Part shown: one piece after another, positions 10,135 to 19,775 of the stretch | How the letters are laid out: every line of letters starts with the position of its first letter | Numbering within the stretch: position 1 is the stretch's first letter | DNA from: Candidatus Helarchaeota archaeon | GTDB lineage: Archaea > Asgardarchaeota > Lokiarchaeia > Helarchaeales > RDOG01 | NCBI GenBank assembly: GCA_019058315.1 | Contig: JAHPZH010000002.1 | Location: 1,165,910 to 1,229,909 of the forward strand | Length of the DNA stretch: 64,000 bases | Direction of reading: 5' to 3' | The notes under the pieces: model-generated | What the model saw: the letters and a program-made list of their open reading frames with translations, nothing else | What the model was told of the DNA's origin: nothing | The model's database searches: none | Program-made: the position numbers and the translations under genes

Positions 10135-10914
10135 GTGAAAAAAATGGCAGTTTCATGGGATTATTATTTTCAATTTTATACAAATCAGATATTTGGACGT
10201 TTTTTTTATGTACAACCACTAGAAATTTTGGTAATAATATTTGCGTTTATAGGATTATTATTTTTAATTGGTATTATGCGGGCTTTATATAGGAATTATA
10301 AGAAATCTAATGCTATTGAAACTTTATTATTTTTAATAAGTATGATCGCTTTTTTAGTGGGTGGTGTCCTTGGAGGGATAGAGAGATTCTGTTATTCAAC
10401 TTGGGGTTTGCCACAACTAGGAGATTTAATACGAATAACTGTAATATTTCCTGTTTATTTTTCATTTATAAGTGTTAATATATTTGCTTTGAAAACTACG
10501 TTTCCAGAAAAATTTAAGATCATTCTTCCTTTTTTATTGATATTAACTATTGTTAGTGCAGGAACTGTAATTTGGGCAGAATTGCAAGGTCCTCCATACG
10601 CTAGAATTATTAATTTCGCTGTGGCCTACTCTCTTGAGATTAATTTAATACGTCTCATAACTCTTTCACCACTTGCTGTAATTCCAACAACTCTTTTTTT
10701 CTATTATGCAATAAAAAATCGAATTGAAGATAAACCAAAAAGTAATCTCTCATTCTGGCTGGGAATGGGATTTTTATTTTTCACTGTAGGTTCTGCTTTA
10801 ACATCAGCTGGAACTGAATTCTTTGGGCTTCTATTTATTTTGTCAGCAGCTATTTTCTATGTGTGCTTTAAAATGCCAGGATGGTTTAAAAAGTGTATAG
10901 GATGGCCTGAATAA
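10135..10914 (+). CDS. 7-TM membrane protein of unknown function, paralog 2
   Basis: Colinear paralog sharing YSTWGLPQLGDL, QGPPYA, FWxGMGFLFFT and MPxWFK. Confidence 0.7.
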   Translation: MKKMAVSWDYYFQFYTNQIFGRFFYVQPLEILVIIFAFIGLLFLIGIMRALYRNYKKSNAIETLLFLISMIAFLVGGVLGGIERFCYSTWGLPQLGDLIRITVIFPVYFSFISVNIFALKTTFPEKFKIILPFLLILTIVSAGTVIWAELQGPPYARIINFAVAYSLEINLIRLITLSPLAVIPTTLFFYYAIKNRIEDKPKSNLSFWLGMGFLFFTVGSALTSAGTEFFGLLFILSAAIFYVCFKMPGWFKKCIGWPE

Positions 10915-10929
10915 CACTCCCATATAACA

Positions 10930-12747
10930 TTAAATCTCCCATAATTCTGAAATTTTCGTTTCTTTTATCCAAGGCAATACATCTTTTTTATCATTAATCA
11001 AGTGATATTTTGCTTTTAGAAGGCAGTTTGCTGGAAAAGACCTTGGATTAAAATTACCACTTTCAGGATCTGTCCACCAATGAACTCGCTGTTTTATTAC
11101 CTCAATTGACACGGCATTCCAAGCTTTATATGATGTATAGCAATGAAATGTTTCAGTATTTCGCATAACTTGCATAATTTTTTGAATAATTGCTCTTTTT
11201 CGTCTTTTAGAGTCATGTGTATAATATCGAAAGAGCAATTCTAAAACTATAATCGCTTCTTGGATGCTTTTCAATGGTTCTGACATATTTTTTTGTTCTT
11301 TAATGACCATATTTAAAATTTTCTTACATTCTTTTAATTTATTACCGTCTAAATTTATCCAAAAATCCTCAAGTAATTGAATTACTTTTATTACGTTTTC
11401 TTTTTCGTTTATAGAAGAAGATAGCAAACCCGCAACTTCACTAATAAGTTCATCAACTTCAATTTTAGGATTCCAAAAATATCTACCCTCAACATAATCA
11501 TTAATAAAACGCGTTTTAGGTATTAATCTATAACCAAACATTCCTTTTAGAGAGAGAGAGGGTAATGTTTGAATTGAATCTAATATTCGTTCCTTTGACA
11601 AATTTATAAGAGGTCTTGGAAAAAGAGATAGATCTTCCATTCCTGCTTCGGGATCCATAAAAAATATAAAATCAAATATTTCATAGCCTTGATCTGCAGC
11701 CATCTGTAAGGTTTTTCTGCATACGTCTATGATCTTTACATCTTTAGGAATCTTAGAAAATAATTTATTCCGAAGCCCTTTAATTGGAGGTGATTCAAAG
11801 TGCTCTTTTACATTAGCAAACCAAGTTATAAAGAAAAGTCGTTCTGGCTCTGCATTTTTTTTAATAAAATTCAGGTAATCAACAATAAGATCAACAATAT
11901 TGTTCCTACAATAATCACAATTACAACCGCCCCCCTCAAAGGCAAAAAGAGCATTACTTGGGACTGTTTTAAATCTATTAAGTGTGTATTTAAGAAGTTT
12001 TTCCCCAATTTCTTTTCCTTTTTCACTGCAATGGGTGATTCCTTGATAACCAAATATATGTCCCCTTATTTCTGGAAATTTAATCCATAATTCAGTTGGT
12101 ATATGATTAAAAACATAGATTAAAATGATTTCCAGACCTATATCCTTTGCATAATTAAATACATCTTCAAACATATCATATTTCCAGGAATTTTTTTTCA
12201 ATTCCTCAAAATCAGGGTGATATAGTGCCCATGTACTTATTAGAAATATAATCGATGTGTAATTAAATGACCGAAGTCTATCCAAATATTCTTTCCAATG
12301 TGGAAAATCCCATGTCTCAGTGGAAAGTCCCTCTAAACCAAGTTTAAGATTAAGAAGAACCATACCACGTGTTTCAAAGTAGGGGGTTTGAAAAATATCC
12401 CATTTAATAGAAAACGGGTCTTTTATTTGCTGTTCTCTTAATTTCATGTATAAATAGTATATAGCATTTGCTAGACCTCGCTCTCCTATCGATAAAATAA
12501 AAATATCATTTTCTTTACGTTGATTTTCATTCTTTTCGCTAAAAATTAGAAAATCGTCTATTTTTTTAAGTTTATTCGCTGTCTCTAAGCTTAATTTTTG
12601 AATTTCTTTGGAATTTTTTTCCAATGTGAAAAGAACAAATTCATTTGTTGAATTTGAATCTGATTCTCCAATCCAATTTGTTAAAACTTTAATAGCTTGT
12701 TCAATTTGCTTGCTTTTATTCTTATTGAACCTTATTTTGTATTTCAT
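10930..12747 (-). CDS. GH-like ~600-aa protein, paralog 3
   Basis: Colinear with paralogs 1 and 2. FEGGGCNCDYCR, DPEAGME. Confidence 0.5.
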   Translation of the reverse strand: MKYKIRFNKNKSKQIEQAIKVLTNWIGESDSNSTNEFVLFTLEKNSKEIQKLSLETANKLKKIDDFLIFSEKNENQRKENDIFILSIGERGLANAIYYLYMKLREQQIKDPFSIKWDIFQTPYFETRGMVLLNLKLGLEGLSTETWDFPHWKEYLDRLRSFNYTSIIFLISTWALYHPDFEELKKNSWKYDMFEDVFNYAKDIGLEIILIYVFNHIPTELWIKFPEIRGHIFGYQGITHCSEKGKEIGEKLLKYTLNRFKTVPSNALFAFEGGGCNCDYCRNNIVDLIVDYLNFIKKNAEPERLFFITWFANVKEHFESPPIKGLRNKLFSKIPKDVKIIDVCRKTLQMAADQGYEIFDFIFFMDPEAGMEDLSLFPRPLINLSKERILDSIQTLPSLSLKGMFGYRLIPKTRFINDYVEGRYFWNPKIEVDELISEVAGLLSSSINEKENVIKVIQLLEDFWINLDGNKLKECKKILNMVIKEQKNMSEPLKSIQEAIIVLELLFRYYTHDSKRRKRAIIQKIMQVMRNTETFHCYTSYKAWNAVSIEVIKQRVHWWTDPESGNFNPRSFPANCLLKAKYHLINDKKDVLPWIKETKISELWEI

Positions 12748-12819
12748 TTTTTATTCACTAAGAAATAAACTAATTTTTTTGACCTTAGATAAAAATCCTA
12801 AAAAATAAAATTTATATTT

Positions 12820-14403
12820 TTGAATTTAATAATATTATCTAAAATCATTATGGGGAATATTTTGGTTAAAAGTAAGGCTCTAATAGTTTTAATAGTATTA
12901 ATAATCCTACCATCTATTTCCTATAATCTTGACGCTTGCATTAAATCTCCAGTAATCCCTTTTAATTTTTTAAATAATATTAAAACACAAAAGGATCCTC
13001 AACTCTTCACCAAACATGCTGAGATGATATCAAATTCGTCTGAAGATAATTATAGACCAAAGATAGCTATTGATTCATCTAATGAAATTCATTCCGTTTG
13101 GTATTCTCGTGACTATCCGATAAATGATTCTATAATTTATTCTAACAGCACCGATAACTTTACAAATAAAATGAAGATCACAGAAAGCTATCCCAAAGAT
13201 ACTGATCCATGTATTGCTATAGATAATTCGGATACGATTCATATAGCTTGGATTAGAGATTCTGAACCAGGTTGGTTGACTGATCCAACTGAAGTATATT
13301 ATACGAATAGTTCTGTTAATTTTTCAACACATAAGCTTGTAGTAAATCAAACTGAAGTTGATTCACCACAAATAGGTTGTGATTCTTTTAATAATGTACA
13401 TATAGCATGGCTGGGGTACAAAGACTTCCAATGGAATGTTTTTTATTCAAATAGTACGGATTATTTTTCATCAATAAAATATGTATCTCAGGATAGTTTA
13501 AGGGATTATTCGATAAGTCTGTGTGTTAAGGATGATGTTGTTCATATAATTTGGCGAAAATATATTGCTTATAAAAAATATAGAATTGCATATGCAAATA
13601 GTTCTAACGATTTTACAGAAACCATAATTTCAAAAAATGATGCGTATTATGAAAGTCCAAAAATCAAAGTTGATGATTCGGGTAATATCCATATTATTTA
13701 TGTAGAACGTTATGAAAAAAAGGAAGAAGACCCAATCGATAAAGAAGTTTTTATCTCCTTTTTTATTTCTTATATTTATCTAGATTATTTCAATGATCAA
13801 CCTTTTGGATTTTTTAATTTTGATGTTATAATCGTTTACCTTGCCATATTTGATTGGATTCATGGTTCTAATTATAATTATGAATATTTCTCTAGAATTT
13901 ATTATTCAAATAGTAGTGATAATTTTAACTCACGGAGTAGTCTCTCAAATTTAACATCAACTTGTGTTTGGTATCCCGATATTGCTATTGATCAATATAA
14001 TACTTGCCATTTAATATGGCAAGGAGCAAATTACTATTATTCAAATATATATCGTATATTCTATACAAATAGCTCTAAAAAATTTCAAGAATTCTATATC
14101 TATAAATCAGAATATGCAATTGATCATTCTGATTTTGAGATTGATGGTAAAAATGAAACTCATTTTATATATTCCGCATATAGAAACATTTGGTATTTTA
14201 ATAGCTCTGAATTAGAATACTATCCAGTTTCCATTGATACTGATATTATTATAGATTTAATTAATCTCTATTTTTCTATTCCAAAAATGCCAGATTTAAC
14301 AAATTTAACTATAATTTCGATTTATTGTTTAGCTGCTTTTAATGTTATTGCTCTTTATCTTCCAAAAAAAAGAAGGGATGCTCAAAGTATGGGGGAATCA
14401 TAA
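12820..14403 (+). CDS. Secreted/membrane-anchored repeat (beta-propeller-like) surface protein
   Basis: N-terminal signal-like helix. About 6-7 repeats of PxIAIDxxxxIHIxW...YSNSxDxF. C-terminal TM followed by KKRR. Confidence 0.65.
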   Translation: MNLIILSKIIMGNILVKSKALIVLIVLIILPSISYNLDACIKSPVIPFNFLNNIKTQKDPQLFTKHAEMISNSSEDNYRPKIAIDSSNEIHSVWYSRDYPINDSIIYSNSTDNFTNKMKITESYPKDTDPCIAIDNSDTIHIAWIRDSEPGWLTDPTEVYYTNSSVNFSTHKLVVNQTEVDSPQIGCDSFNNVHIAWLGYKDFQWNVFYSNSTDYFSSIKYVSQDSLRDYSISLCVKDDVVHIIWRKYIAYKKYRIAYANSSNDFTETIISKNDAYYESPKIKVDDSGNIHIIYVERYEKKEEDPIDKEVFISFFISYIYLDYFNDQPFGFFNFDVIIVYLAIFDWIHGSNYNYEYFSRIYYSNSSDNFNSRSSLSNLTSTCVWYPDIAIDQYNTCHLIWQGANYYYSNIYRIFYTNSSKKFQEFYIYKSEYAIDHSDFEIDGKNETHFIYSAYRNIWYFNSSELEYYPVSIDTDIIIDLINLYFSIPKMPDLTNLTIISIYCLAAFNVIALYLPKKRRDAQSMGES

Positions 14404-14970
14404 ATGTCAAGCAACAATATACGTGTTTTACGTTTTTTTTATGATTCAATTATTATTTTCTTTATTTTAATACTCATTCTTCCTCTTAGGGTTGCATATG
14501 AAATTTCGCTTTCTATATATAATTTGATTTTTGTAGCTCATAATTTACCATTTATTATTTCCCGAGGATCAATTCTATTTATTCTTGCTTTGATAATTTT
14601 CATAATTAGTATATTTTTATTCCGGAAGTTCTATAAAACAGAAGATGGGAAATTTGCTAAATATGGATATATTGCAAGTTTGATCTCATGTTTATTTGCC
14701 GGACAGTCAATATTAATTAATTATATCATTTATTTTTATCGAATGATTAATATCGCTTCTATTTATATAGGAATCGTTCTGGTTCTTACAGAATTAAATA
14801 TTAGTACATTGATATTTTTAAGACGTAATGATTTAGAAGACGTAAAACAAAGCAAAAAGATAAAAAAACATACAAAGATTGATTGGTATTGTCCTAAATG
14901 TGGAACCAAGAGAGAAATTGAATATAAATTTTGTATAAACTGTGGATTTTCATTTAATAAATTAGATTAA
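14404..14970 (+). CDS. Membrane protein with C-terminal zinc ribbon
   Basis: About 4 TM segments, then WYCPKCG...FCINCG. Confidence 0.7.
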   Translation: MSSNNIRVLRFFYDSIIIFFILILILPLRVAYEISLSIYNLIFVAHNLPFIISRGSILFILALIIFIISIFLFRKFYKTEDGKFAKYGYIASLISCLFAGQSILINYIIYFYRMINIASIYIGIVLVLTELNISTLIFLRRNDLEDVKQSKKIKKHTKIDWYCPKCGTKREIEYKFCINCGFSFNKLD

Positions 14971-15050
14971 AATCTCTAAATTCGATTCATTATTCTTTAG
15001 GATTAAAATAAGGTCTAAACATTTAAGAATAAAAGGTACAATCTACAATT

Positions 15051-16193
15051 ATGACAGAAAATATTGAGATCCATGGTTATTGTGATGAACGTTTCACTAA
15101 AGTACGAGAAGCATTTGCAAAAAATTTTAAGCGTGGTCGAGAGGTTGGAGCTTCATTTGCAGCCACACTAAATGGGAAGTTTGTAATCGATATTTGGGCG
15201 GGGTATGCAGATGCTGCAAAAACTCGCCCTTGGGAAAAAGATACAATCGTTAATGTTTATTCAACTACAAAAATCATGACTGCTATTTGCACACTTATGC
15301 TTGTGGATCGTGGACTGCTAGACCTAGATGCCCCAGTGGCTAAATATTGGCCCGAATTCGCGCAAAATGGAAAGGAAGATCTTCCTGTTCGTTATCTTCT
15401 AAGCCATACAGCTGGTTTGTCTGGGTGGGAAGAAGCTATTCCGGTGGAGGCACTCTATGATTGGGATCGAGTTGTTAAACTTCTTGCTGCTCAGAAACCG
15501 TGGTGGAAACCTGGAACTAAGAGTGGATATCATTCTGTTACTTTTGGTTACCTATTAGGAGAATTACTTAGACGTATTACTGGTAAAACTCTTGGTACTT
15601 TTTTCCGAGATGAAGTGGCTAAACCTCTTAATGCAGATTTTTATATTGGTTTACCCGAGGAACACGATTCTCGTGTTGGTGAATTAATTCCCCCAAAAAT
15701 GCCTGATCTCAGCAATCTTGGAATAGATGAGAGTTCGATAGCTGTAAGAACATTAATGAATCCCCCATTAACTGCAATGCATTCTAGAGATAGGGCTTGG
15801 CGAGCTGCTGAAATACCCGCCGCAAATGGACATGGTAACGCTAGGTCTGTTGCACGAATAACTGCTGCAATTGCTTGCGGAGGTAAACTTGATAATGTAC
15901 GATTACTTTCTATGAGTACAATCGAAAAAGCTCTAGAAGAGCAGAGCTATACTCCTGACTTAGTCCTTGTTCTTCCAACACGATTTGGCTTGGGTTTAGG
16001 TATTACACATAAAGAAAGACCAATAAGTCCTAATCCACGTACTCTATATTGGGGCGGATGGGGAGGAAGTTTGGGTGTGATGGACCTTGATGCTAAGTTG
16101 AGTTTTTCCTACGTAATGAATAATATGATGATGGGTCTTGGCGGAGATCCTCGTACAGCTAAGCTAGCTAAAGCTATATATAAATCACTATAA
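15051..16193 (+). CDS. Serine hydrolase, beta-lactamase/EstA esterase family
   Basis: SxxK (YSTTK), LLSHTAG, GYHS, WGGWGG. Confidence 0.9.
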   Translation: MTENIEIHGYCDERFTKVREAFAKNFKRGREVGASFAATLNGKFVIDIWAGYADAAKTRPWEKDTIVNVYSTTKIMTAICTLMLVDRGLLDLDAPVAKYWPEFAQNGKEDLPVRYLLSHTAGLSGWEEAIPVEALYDWDRVVKLLAAQKPWWKPGTKSGYHSVTFGYLLGELLRRITGKTLGTFFRDEVAKPLNADFYIGLPEEHDSRVGELIPPKMPDLSNLGIDESSIAVRTLMNPPLTAMHSRDRAWRAAEIPAANGHGNARSVARITAAIACGGKLDNVRLLSMSTIEKALEEQSYTPDLVLVLPTRFGLGLGITHKERPISPNPRTLYWGGWGGSLGVMDLDAKLSFSYVMNNMMMGLGGDPRTAKLAKAIYKSL

Positions 16194-16210
16194 TATAAAC
16201 TCATTTTTTC

Positions 16211-17038
16211 TTATTTACCTTTGAATTTAGGAGGTCTCTTCTGCAAGAATGCAGTGATTCCCTCTGATACATCTTTTGATTGAGAATTTAGACTCCATCC
16301 TAGCTGTTCAAATTGCATACCAAATTCTAAGGGTACTTGAGTTCCGTAATTAATGCACTTTTTAATTACAAATAGGCTATTCGTAGCTGCATTTCCTACT
16401 AATGATGCTTTCTCATGTACAACATCCTCAAATTTATCATCATCAACTAAAAATGCCACTAATCCCCAATCATACATCTGTTCTGCGGTATAATGTTCAC
16501 CGAATATCATCATTTTTTTTGCTCTCATTAACCCTATACTTTTAATCATTCGTTGTGTTCCACCATCAGCAGGAAAAATGCCTCTCTTAATCTCAGGAAA
16601 TCCAAAAGTTGAACGTTTCGAAGCGATAACTAAATCACAAACTAAAACTAATTCGAGTCCACCACCCAAAGCAAATCCATCAACAGCAGCGATTATAATT
16701 TTTGGAAACTCTTCAATTAAATCATAAAACCTGTGTCGTCGATACTTATTATGGCTTTGATGCATTAAATTACGAAAATTTACATCTGGACTAAGCGGAG
16801 CTGAGAGATCAGCGCCAGCAGAAAAAGCAGGTTTTTTAGTAAAGTCCTTAGTTCCGCGTAGAACCACACATCTAACTTTCGGGTCTAATGCCATAGGTTC
16901 CAAAGCGTCTACTATTTCCTTAAGAGTTAAATCTTGAAGTGCATTTAATTTTTTTGGACGATTAATTGATATTATTGCATAGTTTCCATCTTCTATTTTC
17001 TCTACTTTTATATGTTTAAATTCATGTTCTTCAGACAT
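16211..17038 (-). CDS. Enoyl-CoA hydratase/isomerase
   Basis: FSAGADL, ALGGGLE, FPEIKRG. Confidence 0.9.
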   Translation of the reverse strand: MSEEHEFKHIKVEKIEDGNYAIISINRPKKLNALQDLTLKEIVDALEPMALDPKVRCVVLRGTKDFTKKPAFSAGADLSAPLSPDVNFRNLMHQSHNKYRRHRFYDLIEEFPKIIIAAVDGFALGGGLELVLVCDLVIASKRSTFGFPEIKRGIFPADGGTQRMIKSIGLMRAKKMMIFGEHYTAEQMYDWGLVAFLVDDDKFEDVVHEKASLVGNAATNSLFVIKKCINYGTQVPLEFGMQFEQLGWSLNSQSKDVSEGITAFLQKRPPKFKGK

Positions 17039-17167
17039 TTTACATAACCTTTTCTAATTTTATTTTTGTTTTTTTATCTAACTTCAATTTTTAATTAGTA
17101 GAATTAGATTTTAATTAACAAATCTTAATAATTTTTTATATTAAAAGAATTCAAAAAGTGATAAATT

Positions 17168-18445
17168 ATGCAAATGAAAGATGTGTGGATAGTTGATTAT
17201 GCACGATCGGCATTTTCGCGTTGCAGACCGAGAACACCTGAAAGGGATGTGTTTGGAGATAAAAGGGGCGATGAAATACTAGCGGATATATTGATAAAAT
17301 TTTTTGATGAAAAATTGGCTAAAAAAGGAATAGAAAGAAAAGATATTGAAGAAGTTTCTATAGGTGTAGCGGCAGGTGTGCTTGAAAGTTGGACATATGG
17401 TGGGCGGACTCCGCTATTTTTAGCTGGATTTCCAGTTTATGTTCCTTCATTTTCTTTAGACAGGCAATGTGCCTCGGCTGGAACAGGAATGAACCTCATA
17501 GCACTAAAAGTTATGGCTGGTATGGCTAAATGTGTCTTGGCATTAGGTTTTGAACATATGGGTCGAGGAAGGGGAGAAGGTACGAAACCAAACTTAAATT
17601 TGATTGTTAAAAAGAGTAAATATTACCGAGAAGATTTAGACATGACGACTGCCTTCAATATGCTTCAAACTGCCCAAAAACTCTATGAACAAGAAGTACC
17701 TACATTTACCAAAGAAGATTTAGATAAATTCGGCGTTCGAAGTCACAATTTAACAGTCAAATCACAAGAAGATGGATGGTTTAAGGGTGAAATCATACCT
17801 ATTGAGGGACATGTAGAAGGAAATGTAGAGGAAAAATGGATGGTTGATAAAGATATGAATGCTAGAAAATCAACATTAGAAAAGGTTTCTCAATTACCCC
17901 GAATATCGAGACCATTTTATTTAAAGAAAAATGGAGGTAGAAAAGGGTATACAGAAAGAGAAGGTACAAAAGATGGAGTTATAACAGTTGGAAATTCTTC
18001 ACCGTTAAACGCAGGAGCAACAGCAGCAGTCCTTATGGAAGCTGAGGAGGCTAAAAAAAGAGGCATAGAACCAATGGCAAAGATCATTTCGATAGGTTGG
18101 GCAGCAGTAGATCCTAGTGTGATGGGACGTGGACCCGTTCCAGCTAGTCGTAAAGCACTTGAATACGCTGGTTTAAAAGTTGAAGACATCGATTATTGGG
18201 AAATTAACGAAGCTTTTTGTATTGTAACCCTTAATTGTATGAACAAGTTGGGCATTCCAGAGGAGAAAGTAAATATTATGGGTGGCTCGACAGCAATTGG
18301 TCATCCATTAGGTGCAACATTAATAAGACTTACGGGCACTTTGGCCAGAATTCTAAAGGATAAAAAAGCAAAATACGGTTGTGCTAATGCTTGTGTTGGT
18401 GGCGGTCAAGGAGTTGCTACTATAATTGAAAATATCGACGCATGA
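17168..18445 (+). CDS. Acetyl-CoA C-acyltransferase (thiolase)
   Basis: RQCASA, EINEAF, GHPLGA, CVGGGQG catalytic motifs. Confidence 0.95.
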   Translation: MQMKDVWIVDYARSAFSRCRPRTPERDVFGDKRGDEILADILIKFFDEKLAKKGIERKDIEEVSIGVAAGVLESWTYGGRTPLFLAGFPVYVPSFSLDRQCASAGTGMNLIALKVMAGMAKCVLALGFEHMGRGRGEGTKPNLNLIVKKSKYYREDLDMTTAFNMLQTAQKLYEQEVPTFTKEDLDKFGVRSHNLTVKSQEDGWFKGEIIPIEGHVEGNVEEKWMVDKDMNARKSTLEKVSQLPRISRPFYLKKNGGRKGYTEREGTKDGVITVGNSSPLNAGATAAVLMEAEEAKKRGIEPMAKIISIGWAAVDPSVMGRGPVPASRKALEYAGLKVEDIDYWEINEAFCIVTLNCMNKLGIPEEKVNIMGGSTAIGHPLGATLIRLTGTLARILKDKKAKYGCANACVGGGQGVATIIENIDA

Positions 18446-18527
18446 GTCCATAGATCTATTTTAACCTCCCTATTTTTTTTAAATAAAATATATTTGAATC
18501 AAAAATTATCAATGTGAATTGGTTATT

Positions 18528-19211
18528 ATGGTAGAATTTATTGATCTTAGTCATGTTTTTGAAAATAACATGCCTGGATTCAAGTTAAAGAATGAAAATG
18601 GGTCATTTACTCAATTTACAGCAAAAATTAATCCATTTCTAACTCATGAACAAACAAAACCAAAATATCAAGGAAAATGTTCTTTTGAAATTACAGAAAT
18701 GACTTTCCAGACTTCTATAGGGACATATCTTGATTCTCCTTATCATCGTTATCCAAATGGAAGAGATATTAGCGAAATAAAAATCGAAGAAGTAATTCTC
18801 CCGGGAATTATTATTGATGTTAGGAATAAAGAAGCATTTAAACCTGTTAACGTAAATATTATATCAAAGGGCCTTGATTTAAGTGGTAAGGCTGTTTTAT
18901 TCAACTTTGGTTGGGATAGATTTTGGGGAACTGAAGAATATCACTTATATCCTTATATTTCAAAGGAAATTATTGAATTATTAATTGACTCACATGTCAA
19001 ATTAGTTGGTGTTGACACAATAAATATTGATAATTCAAAAGATTTAACACGACCAGCACATTCATTATTTCTTAAGAATGAGATCTTTATAGTCGAAAAT
19101 TTAAGAAATCTTGAAGTTTTATATAATAAGAATTTCAGATTTTTTGCAGTTCCATTGAAAGCTAAAAGAGTAGCCGCAATGCCAATACGAGCTTTTGCTG
19201 AGATTTTGTAG
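18528..19211 (+). CDS. Cyclase/kynurenine-formamidase family protein (variant motif)
   Basis: IDLSH, SIGTYLDSPYH, VGVDTINID, IVENL. Confidence 0.8.
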   Translation: MVEFIDLSHVFENNMPGFKLKNENGSFTQFTAKINPFLTHEQTKPKYQGKCSFEITEMTFQTSIGTYLDSPYHRYPNGRDISEIKIEEVILPGIIIDVRNKEAFKPVNVNIISKGLDLSGKAVLFNFGWDRFWGTEEYHLYPYISKEIIELLIDSHVKLVGVDTINIDNSKDLTRPAHSLFLKNEIFIVENLRNLEVLYNKNFRFFAVPLKAKRVAAMPIRAFAEIL

Positions 19212-19307
19212 AAGCAATAATAAGATGATTTTAAATATTTTTAAATTAGAAAATAAAATCATATATCAATTCTTCAATTATTATATAATTAAAAAAAAGG
19301 TGAATAA

Positions 19308-19775
19308 ATGGTAGAAAAGGTAAAGTACTCAGAAATAGAAAAATATGTAGGTCACGAATATGATTGGTCTGACTGGATGGAAGTAAAACAAGATAAGATA
19401 AATTTATTTGCTGATGCCACTGGGGATCACCAATGGATACATGTGGATATAGAAGCTGCTAAGAAAGGTCCCTTTGGCAGTACAATCGCACATGGTTATT
19501 GGACCTTATCCATTATTCCTGCAATATCGGTAAAAATAAGACAATATACAGGTATTGGTATGGCTGTTAATTATGGTTTAAATAAATTGCGATTTCCTGC
19601 TCCAGTTCATGTAGGTAAAAAAGTTCGGGCAAAAGCAACACTTAAATCTGTCAAACCAGTTGATAAACCAACCGCGGGAAAGCAGATAGAAGAAATATTC
19701 GAAATATGGGTTGAAGGTGACAAAAGACCAGCATGTGTGGCAGAAACAGTTACTCGTCTCTATCCAATGGGCTGA
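19308..19775 (+). CDS. MaoC-family (R)-specific enoyl-CoA hydratase/dehydratase
   Basis: FADATGDHQWIHVD, TIAHG, NYGLNKLRF. Confidence 0.92.
   Translation: MVEKVKYSEIEKYVGHEYDWSDWMEVKQDKINLFADATGDHQWIHVDIEAAKKGPFGSTIAHGYWTLSIIPAISVKIRQYTGIGMAVNYGLNKLRFPAPVHVGKKVRAKATLKSVKPVDKPTAGKQIEEIFEIWVEGDKRPACVAETVTRLYPMG

Noticed and set aside
9145-10914. Rhodopsins
   Set aside because: No Schiff-base Lys in helix 7.
15051-16193. Antibiotic-resistance beta-lactamase
   Set aside because: Motifs fit family VIII/EstA esterases, which suits the lipid-catabolic context.
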